Below are positions 18,907 to 29,700 of a stretch of 62,206 nt of DNA, one piece after another. Source of the DNA: a virus (Duplodnaviria; Caudoviricetes); IMG/VR virus record IMGVR_UViG_3300013094_000050, positions 1 through 62,206 of that record. One strand, written 5' to 3'. Below the pieces are notes generated by a model that had not been told where the DNA came from, did not search any database, and saw only the letters and a list, made by a program, of their open reading frames with translations. The number at the start of each line of letters is the position of its first letter. Position 1 is the stretch's first letter. Both the position numbers and the translations under genes were made by a program.

Positions 18907-19826
18907 GTTTTTTTCTTAATGTCTACTCTAATTTTTTCAATAATATCTTTGACTTCTTTATCGGTAAAATCCATGCAAGAGTCATTATAACGATTAGCTA
19001 AATCTCCGTCCATACCGTTTTCAGCAAATCGTATTGGAAAATATTTAATGTCAACTGGTGTTTTTTGCAAAATTTGAAAATGTTTACTATAACTGATATT
19101 TTCAGCAAATGTACTACCTAATATTACAGTTCCAGGTTTGTTAAACGCATATGCCATATGTTGACCTACACTATCACATCCAACAAAATAATCGGACGCT
19201 TCGATGATACCTGCCCATGCTCGCAGTGGTGCTTGTATTTTGAAAGTGATATCATCTACATCATTATTCTCTCCAAAGAAAATTAAATTATAATCTTTGG
19301 CTAATGATTGAATAATTTTAAGATATACTGATTTTGTTAAAGACCGGCTTAAAGGGTCGATCAACTCATTTGTTGGCACAGATTGAATAGATCGTCCAAA
19401 CGGTTGAATGACAATTGTTTTTTGTTTTTTCATTGCTTTAGCCGCGTTTGCAACTGCATCTAAAGCATGAATCTCTTCCTGTTTAGTTAGAAAGATTTTT
19501 GGTCTTTCTAGATCACTATGATCGGTAGTTCCGTTAATTAAAAAATCAAAAGATTCTGTTAAACTTCTTTTTTGATTATAATACCCATGTTCTCTGTAGG
19601 GTTCCGGAGTAATGACTATATTTGGTTTAATTATATTTTCAAATACATCTCGACCGTCTAATCCGTACGAGATATTTTGCAAATCTTTATTTCCAGCAAA
19701 CCAATCTATACCGCCTTCACACAGTATATAAAAATCGTTGCCATTTATTTTAAGATATTTTTGTAAGGCAGGTAAGGCGCATAAAACCCGACCGGCTCCT
19801 CCGCCGATTGCAAATACTTTTTTCAT
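18903..19826 (-). CDS. GT-B glycosyltransferase, GT9 (heptosyltransferase)-like
   Basis: GGGAGRVLCALPAL N-terminus, VIQPFG, FVGCDSVGQHMAYAFNKPGTVILGST. Confidence 0.8.
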   Translation of the reverse strand: MKKVFAIGGGAGRVLCALPALQKYLKINGNDFYILCEGGIDWFAGNKDLQNISYGLDGRDVFENIIKPNIVITPEPYREHGYYNQKRSLTESFDFLINGTTDHSDLERPKIFLTKQEEIHALDAVANAAKAMKKQKTIVIQPFGRSIQSVPTNELIDPLSRSLTKSVYLKIIQSLAKDYNLIFFGENNDVDDITFKIQAPLRAWAGIIEASDYFVGCDSVGQHMAYAFNKPGTVILGSTFAENISYSKHFQILQKTPVDIKYFPIRFAENGMDGDLANRYNDSCMDFTDKEVKDIIEKIRVDIKKKT

Positions 19827-19836
19827 AATTTCCTTA

Positions 19837-19880
19837 AGTTGGTAAATCTATACTACATTATATATGTAGATTTACCAACT
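19837..19880. repeat. Perfect 14-bp inverted repeat AGTTGGTAAATCTA / TAGATTTACCAACT
   Basis: Arms at 19837-19850 and 19867-19880; the 16-nt spacer contains the -10 box. Confidence 0.9.
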
Positions 19881-19885
19881 GTCAA
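19857..19885 (-). promoter_or_regulatory. Perfect sigma70 promoter TTGACA-17-TATAAT driving the GT-oxygenase-carbamoyltransferase operon
   Basis: Exact consensus boxes and spacing; AAGGA RBS downstream. Confidence 0.85.
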
Positions 19886-19890
19886 GAAAT

Positions 19891-20616
19891 TTATTGACTT
19901 AAATCGTGTTGAATTTTAGCAATAACAGCATTCAAATCGTCAATGACTGTTTGAATATGCGTTTCGTATTCGGCAATCGTACCATGTGGCAATGGAGACT
20001 GAGAGCATACAGATTCCCCACCTTCCGATGTGGAATAAGTAAATGGAGGATTAAATGTAATTACACCGTTATCTAGCGTAGCATTAACTAACGCCGATTT
20101 TAATGTTGTCATATGCGTGAGTCGTTTTTGGAATTTCAAAAGATTCTCAGGGTTTGAAGAAATATTAGCCACTTGTGTGACACCAGTTAATCCATCATTA
20201 CCTGCTAATTCAACATCACCTAAATATGAATGATGTATCGGCTTTGGAGAGAAGTTACCAATTCTTTGTTTTTCTTCAATAGTTGCAGGTTTTGACCTAA
20301 ATGGATTAGGATCCTCTTGTAGTGCTCCGATTCTTTCTCTTTCTGCTTCACGAGCTGCCATCTCTGCTTGTACCGCAGCAACAAAGTCAGCTGTTTCTTT
20401 TGCATGATATGCTTCAATAATAGCAGCAATAGGATCATATGCTGGATGATCTCCAGGTTTAATTACTTGGCCATTAAACCAATAATTGCCGGCTACTACT
20501 GGTTGATCAGTAGATTGCCAGTTATTACTCGGTGTTAAACTTACTTCCTCTGCATTGTCAGTGACAGCTATAATTATTTCTAAATTATATTTGTCTGTAT
20601 GTGTTCTAAAAAACAT
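19891..20616 (-). CDS. Hypothetical protein, possible fibre assembly/chaperone
   Basis: ATG at 20616 with GAGGGA RBS; directly downstream of the Cys-rich fibre gene. Confidence 0.65.
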   Translation of the reverse strand: MFFRTHTDKYNLEIIIAVTDNAEEVSLTPSNNWQSTDQPVVAGNYWFNGQVIKPGDHPAYDPIAAIIEAYHAKETADFVAAVQAEMAAREAERERIGALQEDPNPFRSKPATIEEKQRIGNFSPKPIHHSYLGDVELAGNDGLTGVTQVANISSNPENLLKFQKRLTHMTTLKSALVNATLDNGVITFNPPFTYSTSEGGESVCSQSPLPHGTIAEYETHIQTVIDDLNAVIAKIQHDLSQ

Positions 20617-20627
20617 TATTTTTTCCC

Positions 20628-22202
20628 TCAATACACTACAATTACTGCGCCGTTACCGCCGGCTGTGTTTAATCTGTTACCACCACCGCCGTAACCTGCT
20701 GCCAAAGTTGTTGCACCATATCCAAATTTGAAATCATTAATGTTTATACACCCTGGAGCTTTTAATGTTGATAATGGTATTACACCCGGAACAACTGGTT
20801 TGTAGAGTGTTTCGTCTTTGTAATAACCGATGTTATAACAATTAATTTGGACTGGTTGCCCAGTACCTGTTCCAGGTGCTCCTCCTGTTCCACTGTTATA
20901 TGCATAACATGTGCATCCACAATTATATCCGAACACAAAATAAAATGCATCACATGGCCAATATTGATAACATACTAAGTTTGTACTGCCGCCGCTACCA
21001 CCACTACTAGTAGAGTAAGTAGGTGTACATAATGCTGGAGTATTTTGTTTGTAAATTTGTACTTCACTTTGTCCATTATTACCATTTGCACCGCTATTAC
21101 CGGCTTCTGCACCTACTCCTACTGGTAACGAAGTTGTTTGCCAGCCTTGATTTTGTCCCCAATCTCCACCATTGCCACCTATACAGCAACGCATTGCATT
21201 TCCTGCAAACGCATATACATCGCCTACATAGCAATTATAAACAGTTAACGTAGCACTACTTCCGCTACTTAAACATAAGTATGTACCGCATAAGCAATAA
21301 GGAACATAATAATTCAAACAATTTTGCCATGTACCGTTAGAGCATTGGGATCCAAATGTAGTATGATAAGTTAAATGACAATAACAATTCAAAGAAGATC
21401 CATAATTTGGACTCCAGCAATATCCGCAACAAGAATTAGCATAACTCCATGGATGTAATACAGTGTTGATACACATACACGTATATCTATTACCGCCAAA
21501 ACCATAATCGTAACTGTTACCAGTCCATGATTGATTTGTACAAGAGCATAAGTAGCCGCCGCCGCTGCCTGTAATTGTTGTAGTTGGTTGGATTGTAACA
21601 CATCCATCAACGCAAGATTCACAATTAAAATAAGGAATAAGAACTCCACGCCCACCGGTTCTATTAACATCACCACCAGTTGCTGTTCCTCCAAAATTCC
21701 AATATCCGCTAATACAATTTACATAACCACATACAGGTAATGCAAACCCCATACTTACCGGATTATCACTTGCATTGCTACGTGCGGTAGAATTATTAAC
21801 ACATGCCCAGCTATATGATACTTCAGTTGCGTTATTGGCAACAACATTATATGAACCTATTGAAACTGAACTTGCGCTACTACCTCCAATTGCACCGACG
21901 GTAATTGTCATTGTTGCGCCTGGTTGCAAATCAACCATTGTTTTTTCAGCATAGCCGCCACCGGCGCCAGTTAGTTGTCCTGCAAAATTAAAACAATAAT
22001 TACAAACTGGAGTAACAACTCCTGAACAACAACCAATACCTTGCATACATACACAAGTGTTTCTAAAACATGATCCTGCGCCAATTACATATACTTTTGC
22101 AACATTAACGCCTGAGGGAACTGTCCAGGTAGTTGAGTTTGTGAATACTTGCGCATTCGAAAAACTCGGATTTCCTGCTGTTGAATTAACAAATCTTCCC
22201 AT
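20628..22202 (-). CDS. Cys/Gly-rich tail-fibre tip protein (glycine-rich domain type)
   Basis: VFT.STTWTVPSGV...V.VIGAG...GAGGGYAEK N-terminus and GG.GAVIV.Y C-terminus; about 38 Cys in 524 aa. Confidence 0.72.
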   Translation of the reverse strand: MGRFVNSTAGNPSFSNAQVFTNSTTWTVPSGVNVAKVYVIGAGSCFRNTCVCMQGIGCCSGVVTPVCNYCFNFAGQLTGAGGGYAEKTMVDLQPGATMTITVGAIGGSSASSVSIGSYNVVANNATEVSYSWACVNNSTARSNASDNPVSMGFALPVCGYVNCISGYWNFGGTATGGDVNRTGGRGVLIPYFNCESCVDGCVTIQPTTTITGSGGGYLCSCTNQSWTGNSYDYGFGGNRYTCMCINTVLHPWSYANSCCGYCWSPNYGSSLNCYCHLTYHTTFGSQCSNGTWQNCLNYYVPYCLCGTYLCLSSGSSATLTVYNCYVGDVYAFAGNAMRCCIGGNGGDWGQNQGWQTTSLPVGVGAEAGNSGANGNNGQSEVQIYKQNTPALCTPTYSTSSGGSGGSTNLVCYQYWPCDAFYFVFGYNCGCTCYAYNSGTGGAPGTGTGQPVQINCYNIGYYKDETLYKPVVPGVIPLSTLKAPGCININDFKFGYGATTLAAGYGGGGNRLNTAGGNGAVIVVY

Positions 22203-22234
22203 TAATAACTCCTTGACTTTTTATTATCTATGTA

Positions 22235-22242
22235 TATTTAGC
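22235..22242 (-). promoter_or_regulatory. Late promoter GCTAAATA for the Cys-rich gene
   Basis: TAAATA core; AAGGAG RBS downstream. Confidence 0.62.
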
Positions 22243-22243
22243 A

Positions 22244-22912
22244 TTATGCTGTACTATCGATACACCATGCGACTGCATTTACACCTGTACCAGTTGCTGT
22301 GGCGCCTAATGAATAATTATTACTTAATACAAGTCCAGTTCTGGAAAGTGTACCGTATGCTGGTAATGAAAACGCATATTCTATATAGTCGCTAGTCGAC
22401 GGCGCAGTAGGTGTTGTTGAAATAAACAAATAAATCGTAACAGCAGATGATGTAGAATTTGTTAATTGCACAGTTGTAGTTGCCATTCTTCCAGATGCGG
22501 GACCACTCCAAATACTTGTTCCGCTACCTAATGTTTGTGAAGTAAGAGCAACTGCACCGACTCTGCCAATTGCTGTAGAACCATTACCACCTTCTAATCC
22601 GTGTACTGTGAAAGAAAAATTTCCAGTAGAAGCCCAGCCTAAAAGTTGATATCCGTATGCCAATACAATCACTTTTTGTTCAAACACTCCGCCAGGTGGT
22701 AGTGGATTTTGATATAGTAAATAATCGGACGATGCAGGAGTTGTTCCAGCTGAAGTCAAACTCATTGCCAATGATATAGTTGCTGTGGCTGCTCCTCTAT
22801 TAACTACAGAAACAGTTAACACTTGTGCAGTTGCACTAGAAGCTGGGCCTGCGGCAATTTGTGTCCAAGTTGTTGCTGATAAAGATGCGTGATATTGTAT
22901 TCCTGATGCCAT
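22244..22912 (-). CDS. Small virion protein with two tandem ~110-aa beta domains
   Basis: Both halves resemble 23407..23745 (V...N.....TI.L...DY..Y...L..G..E..G.VL). Confidence 0.75.
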   Translation of the reverse strand: MASGIQYHASLSATTWTQIAAGPASSATAQVLTVSVVNRGAATATISLAMSLTSAGTTPASSDYLLYQNPLPPGGVFEQKVIVLAYGYQLLGWASTGNFSFTVHGLEGGNGSTAIGRVGAVALTSQTLGSGTSIWSGPASGRMATTTVQLTNSTSSAVTIYLFISTTPTAPSTSDYIEYAFSLPAYGTLSRTGLVLSNNYSLGATATGTGVNAVAWCIDSTA

Positions 22913-22928
22913 GTCGTATTAATCCTTT

Positions 22929-23381
22929 TTATGATCCGTAGTACATACCAAATGCACTTACTTTGGTGGCATTATCAACATACGATTTATTAGTTATATC
23001 AGTAGAATTTGCAGGAGCATTAGTAACTTGCCCACTAGTAATTGTTGCACCCGTAAGTGTTACATGTCCGCCACTACTAACTGCTGGGATATAATTTGTA
23101 CCATCATTTTGTAATACTACTAAATCTCCAGAAGATAATGTAAAATTAACAGAAGCTGTTGATGTAAAAATTCCAGTCGGAGTGCTTAGTGTTACAGTAT
23201 TACTACTTGCATTATAAAAAGTTTGTGCTGTACCTGCATAACTTGCTGGTGTTGCTAGTGTAATAGTAATACCAGCAGATGCTCCTGCTGGGATTTCTGT
23301 AAATAGCCCCGAAGACGGTGATCCGGTGCCTACCGAAGTCGAAACGGTTGTGCTAGATAATACTGTATTATAACGTGCCAT
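22929..23381 (-). CDS. Short fibre-like virion protein
   Basis: ITLATPASYAG.AQTFYN and AP.NSTDITNKSYVD fibre motifs. Confidence 0.7.
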   Translation of the reverse strand: MARYNTVLSSTTVSTSVGTGSPSSGLFTEIPAGASAGITITLATPASYAGTAQTFYNASSNTVTLSTPTGIFTSTASVNFTLSSGDLVVLQNDGTNYIPAVSSGGHVTLTGATITSGQVTNAPANSTDITNKSYVDNATKVSAFGMYYGS

Positions 23382-23400
23382 AATATTCCTGCTGTTGTCT

Positions 23401-23408
23401 TATTTATC
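23401..23408 (-). promoter_or_regulatory. Late promoter GATAAATA
   Basis: TAAATA core 20 nt upstream of the ATG at 23381; AGGA RBS. Confidence 0.6.
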
Positions 23409-23745
23409 AACTTGTAGATGTCTCAATTCCGTATATATTTACGTTTACCGCACTTCCGTTGCTGCTAACAACAAAGTTAGATGTAGCTTGCGCAACTAAC
23501 CCGGTACGTTCAAATACTCCATACCCAATTATTGTAGTTTGATATTCAAATGCCTCACTTGCAACAGGCGAGCCTGTTGTACTTGTACCTATATACAAAC
23601 GAATAGCTACAGGTGTAGATGCTGTATTTGTAAATGATATATTATAAACTCCATAATACCCTACTGGTACAGTATACAATAATGTATACGATGTAAGGCT
23701 TGCTGCAGTTAATTGATTCGTTGCTTTTATTCCTGATCCTGCCAT
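23407..23745 (-). CDS. Small virion beta-sandwich protein
   Basis: TLLYTVP...ISFTN...IRLYI...FERTGLV...VN.YG.E; paralogs elsewhere in the window. Confidence 0.75.
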   Translation of the reverse strand: MAGSGIKATNQLTAASLTSYTLLYTVPVGYYGVYNISFTNTASTPVAIRLYIGTSTTGSPVASEAFEYQTTIIGYGVFERTGLVAQATSNFVVSSNGSAVNVNIYGIETSTS

Positions 23746-23767
23746 TTTATTTCTCCGTTTTTATTGT

Positions 23768-26700
23768 TTATCTTTGTCCAAAGAATTGTAGTGCAACCGG
23801 TGCGCCATCAATACCGCCTGTGAACAACATTTTACTACTTACATAAATTTGATTTCCTGTAGTAGTACTTATTGAATTTCCTGCAATATATACCTGGCCA
23901 GCAGTGATTGTATTTACGTTCAACGAACTTTGTCCACCACCAATTTGCGATGTAATGTATGCTTTAACTGCTTTTTGTGTTGGTACAATAGAATCGCTGT
24001 TAGCTGTGAAATATTGATCCGTACTAAATTGAGTAATTGTAGCAGAATTAACTCCTAAACTAACTGATCCAAGTGTCAAACTCTGCAATCCTGACAAATT
24101 AAACGCACTAGCGTTCAAACTAGCAGTACCAGTTGACTGTTGAACTCCGAACAAGTTACCAACGTTGAAGTTACCATCTTGGTCAGTACTTGTAAAGAAC
24201 ACACGACCGCCACCTGTAGCCAATGTTTGGTTGGCTGTTACAGCCTTAGTCGGGTCAACATTTGGATAATTTGTACTTGTAAATCCGCCAGTACCAATAT
24301 ACAAGAAGTCATGTCCTGTTAAACGTGAATTACTATACAATAATCTTGTTGTAATTAACGTATTATGTATCGGAGCTAGTAATGTACTCATCGAAGGATT
24401 AATTTGGAATGTTGCGGTATAATTACCCGCTGATCCTAATACGTTTGTAACTTGAACAAGTTTATACCATTGATTAGATCCAGTGATTGATGAGAAAGTT
24501 ACATTACATCCAGCTGTAGGTATTTGATATAATCCAGAAACATTAATATATGAACCTGTCTGATAAAAATCTCCATAGCCATCACCCGTTACACTTGCAG
24601 TTGCTGTAGTATTTCCAACACCACGATTAGTAAATGTAGGATTACCAAGTACACCATTACCAATTCTAGGTACTAGTGCTGCACTATTAACGTGGTTTGG
24701 ATCAGTAATTGTAGCAATTGGACTTGCAAAATATGTTATTCCTGTAATATTTGCTGTAGTTAATGGAATTGCCACTCCACCATACGATGTTGATACTTGG
24801 AAAGAAGTACTAGTAATACTGCCATTTACTACATAATAGTATACATTAGTAGATAAACCTCCTGCGCTTGTACCATTAAATACAATTTGTTGATTTGCAT
24901 ATAAATTAACAGTATTGTCAACAGTAATAACATTTGTTGATAATGTTGTAGCAGACACATTACCGCGAGCAAAACCACTTCCAGGTTCAATCATACGTAC
25001 TTCTGCAATAGCATTGCTTGTAACTTTTACACGACCTAATGGTGTTGCTCCAGTTTGAATTAAAGCTGCTGTAGTACTGTTAGTTTTAGATACAACAACC
25101 CATGTAGGATTAGATCCTAATGTTGTATTTGTTGGATTACCAAACGCAACAGCTTGCCAAGCAGATGTAGCTGGCATTACTTGCATTGCCCAATCCACCC
25201 CACTCCAGCTAGTTGCACAATAATTATAAGCACTTCCAGCAGAACCCGCAATTGCTGTCCATGAACCAGTAGCTGTTGTTAACGAAATAAGATTAGTATT
25301 AGCAATAGCATGTTGTTGTGTGTCTGCAATTGTTATAACGCCTGTTCCAGAATTAACACTAGCAATGTAATATGTTGTTCCAGAAACTAATCCACCTAAG
25401 TAACTACCAGCAGTTACTGATGCAGGAGGAGTTCCTAAATTAGTCAATGTTAAATTACTAGTTGAATTAGGTGTTGTAGCGATACTAATTGTAGTAGAAT
25501 TAACAATTCTGCTAATATAGTAAACTGTATTAGCAGTAATACCTCCACCTGTCGTTCCTGCAAACACAATTGATTCGTTAACAGCCATTCCAGAGCTACT
25601 ACCAATTTGTACTTGATCTAAAGTACCAGTAAGTGTTGCACTAGTAGTCACTTGACTAACTGATACAGAATAACTTGTTCCAGTAGTAGGTGTTCCTGTT
25701 GCACTTTGATTTAATGTGTAAGATCCGGCACCCCCTGACCCCGATCCAAAAGCAACAATATAAGTACCTGCTGTTACACTTGTACCAGTAATTGCCATAC
25801 CAATGCTGATTACACCAGTAGGAGTTCCGGTTACTGTTAGTGTTGTTGTACTAATAGTACCTGTAAATGTAACACTGTTTACTCCTAAGATAGTAGTACC
25901 AGCAGTAATTGTTCCGCTACTTGTTAAAATCATACCTATTTGGAATGATCCAGTTATTGTACCAGTTGGCGTAAACACTACACCTGCACCTGGACTTGCA
26001 GCACCATTGCCAATAATACCAGTTGTACTTGCAGTTGCATGTGATGTGGCACTTGCAGTTGTAGTTTGAGTAACAGCAGTCGGAGTAAACGCAGCTCCTA
26101 CTGCCAATCCAGTTGTACTACTTAATGTTGCTCCACTTGAACTTGTAGCTGTTACAGTCATAGAAGGTGCACTTGAAATTGCAGTGAACAATCCTTCACC
26201 GTAACTAATATTTTTCCAAGTTGTAATACCGATAGCATTTAACGGGTTGTTATTAGCTGCTACCCATGTATTATTTGTAATATTAGGACTACTTGTCCAT
26301 GCACTAGGTTGCCAGTTGACTGTATAGTACACTGTTCCGTCAGATGCCAATGCTATAAATCTTCCATTACCATAAGTTAAACTTACCCAAGTTTTACTTG
26401 GTAAAGTTCCGCCAACATACCATGTAGTAGGATCTGATCTCATCCACGATGTTAATGTACCGCCAATTGCACAGAACACACCACCGCCATATGCAACTGC
26501 GGTATATCCTGATGAATTAGAAGGAATATAACTTGATTGATTGACCCAAGATGCACTAGCTAATGAAGTTGCATTATACAACGATATTGCTACAGCAGAT
26601 CCGCTTCCACCTACTGCAATATAATAATTGTTTCCGTATGCAACAGAATTTAATGTAGTTTGACCAGTTGATGTACCAGATGACCATGCATTACCTAATG

Positions 26701-29700
26701 TAGAAGATACTGAATATGTAGCACTTATACTCGATACTGGGTTGTATGCTGTAGCATTTGTTGAAGTAGAAATTGCTAAAAATGCCGCGTATTGGTCAAT
26801 AATAGTTACAGTTGGAACTGAAGTATATCCAAAACCTGCTTGTGTTACAGTGAAACTGCTTATACCATTATTGGTTAAATTAGCAGTTGCTGCTGGTAAA
26901 CTACCTGCATATACTAATGTAACTCCGTATGTTCCGCTAGCACCTATACCGGTTGCAGATGAACCTGATTTTCCATAATATTGATTAGTGAAAGTAGGTG
27001 CAGTTGTACTAAATGTACCAGCAGATTGCGCTTGATAATAGTTAGTAACATTAGGAACAACTGTGACATCAACGTAATAATAGTACGCATTTGCTGTTGC
27101 TGTTCCAGATGACGTCCATGCTGTTGATGCAACAGGTGGACTAATAACTACTGTAGGATTTGTAAAATAATTTTGTCCCCATGTTACTGGAGTAATACTA
27201 CTTAATTCGCTTGTAATAGCGGTAACAGTTGGACTAGTATACAAACTTCCTGTAATGTTCATGTAAACATTAGTAACGCTTCCGTTTAATATTTCAGCAA
27301 CTGCTTGAGCACCTTGTCCGGTGCTATCAGTAATTACAATAGTAGGGGGTGATGAATAATTATTACCGCCCTGTACTACTGTAATTCCAACAATTTGTCC
27401 ATAATTAGCACCAGTGCCAATAATTGGTTGTAAGACGCAACCAGATCCGTTAAGGCCGCCGATTACCGCTGTAGCTGTAGCACCTTGGCCGCCACCATAC
27501 ACTACATTCCAATTTGTTGAGCTTGGTAGTACTCCGCCAGCTGTCCATGTTGTTCCATTAGTGCTATAAGAAGTTACTGTACCTGGATTTGCAGCTGTTA
27601 CAAAATTACCTGCGCCGTATGCAACAGATCCGTACTGGGCCGATGGTATTGTTGTAGCAGTGCTTGTAAATCCTGGAGAAGTATATGTTATTAATGGTTC
27701 AATAATATAAGTAGTTGTTGCGTCTAATACATTAGCTATTGTAGCACCTGGCACAGCTGCATCCCACCCTGCTTCATATACTTGAACTGATATAGTTCCT
27801 GTAATTGTTGTATTTGAAATATTTTGACTTACAGTAACAGTCCATGTAGAACCATTACTAGAACCGGAAATATTTGCACTAATATATGTATTAGCTGCAA
27901 CACCATTTCCAGTTAGCAACATACCAACATAAATTGTTCCAGAAGCTAAAGTTCCAACAGTTAATGTTGTACCAATAATAGTCGATGTAGACATAACAGC
28001 AGGTGTAGCACTTGTCGCACTCAACGTTGAGGCTGCTCCGCCACTTGAAGTTGACACTGAGAATGTTGTGCCGTTTGCTGACAAACTAGAACCAACTACA
28101 TAGTACACTGTCGAATATGTTAAATTGCCAATATTTGCACTAAGATAAATTGGTTGATTTGCATACATTGTATTAGTACTTGAAACAGTGAATACACTTG
28201 TTGTATTTGTAGTAATTGTTAACGGTACAAAGTTAGAGCGATACACATTAACAATTTTAGATGAAGCAGTATAGTTTAGAATATTTGCGTACTGGCCAAC
28301 GCCTGTTCCGCCTGTTAAGAAAATTCTCATTCCAATATAGGCACTACTCAAATTAGTATCAGAGTTAGCAATAGTAATTTGCCCAACTGTACCACTTTGT
28401 GCTGTGTTGCTAATAGTCAAATAATTACTACCGCCAACACCTTGGCCATTATTCATGTCAACTAAACGTGTTTCAAAGACAGCAAAATCACGAATTTCGT
28501 CTCCTATAGCGAATGCGTTATATCCAGCGCCGCTAATACTAGGATTATAGTTACTATATGCAGATCCTGCATTTTCGTATTCAATACGTAAAATTGCGTT
28601 TGTACCATCTGTAACTACATTAGTAATGTAAGCTGGATTAGCACGATTATTCAAGTTAGCATAGATAGGTGTTTCATATGAATCTACACCTTCAGCGATA
28701 ACCCCATATGTACCATACGAACTATTACCGTTAGTAGCACGAATACGACCACCGTATTCTGCCATATACCCGGAATAACCATAGTAAGAGAATACAGATA
28801 CACACTCAGTTAACGCTCCGTGTCCTGTACACCATATACCGATACCGTCTGATAACACTTGTGTATAGTCATTTGCAAGCATAGAACGATTACCGCCGTT
28901 ATGCAAAGCAGCATCAATCTTCATACCTACGCAGCCATTACCAAAAGTTGTAACGTTTTGTACGTAGCATGAACGAATGAATTCCCAAACGCTTGAATCG
29001 TTTGGTCCAAATCCTGGATCCAATGATGTGTATGTACCGCCTGTTGGTCGTTTTGTACCTAGCGCATTTGGAATTGTCAATGCACCTTGCATACCATTCA
29101 ATGTCATATTACGGATACCGGTACCATTTCTGACATGTATTAAATTAGTATACTGTGATCCGGTAACTGCCGACAAGTAAACTTGTGCATATCGAGTAGA
29201 TTTATAATTACCAGTTAATGATACATCGTGATGCAACGCATCGATATGATAACTAGCATCTCTTGTTGCTTTAGATACGATGATATAATAGTTAACACTC
29301 ATTGAACCAGATCCGCCTACTAATCCTAGTGTACTTTGAGTACCAGATCCAGGCTGAACAACTGAAACTGTAAATGTTGTAGAAGTAGGTGTAGTTAGTA
29401 CCCAATACACTGTATTAGTTAAAATGTTACTATCAAATATTGTACCGGTTAATCCAAACTGTACAGGATCTCCTACTAATAGATTATGAGGAGTGCTCGT
29501 TGTAATAGTACCATTACTATTAGTAGTTGTTACTACAGAACCGTAATTAGTTTGTGGCCACACAGCTGCTTCGGTAGCTAAGAAAGTTTTGTTAATACGT
29601 AATAATTCTGCACCAGTAATAGTAGATAATGTATTATTATAACCAGGATAGCTTTGATAAGAGTTTGTAGGATTACCCCAGACTTGACTCATTCCGTTTA

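Noticed and set aside
1095-22395. Short overlapping alternative-frame ORFs (e.g. 1326, 2602, 6606, 11598, 17342, 21389, 22057)
   Set aside because: They lie within well-supported genes and show no coding signature
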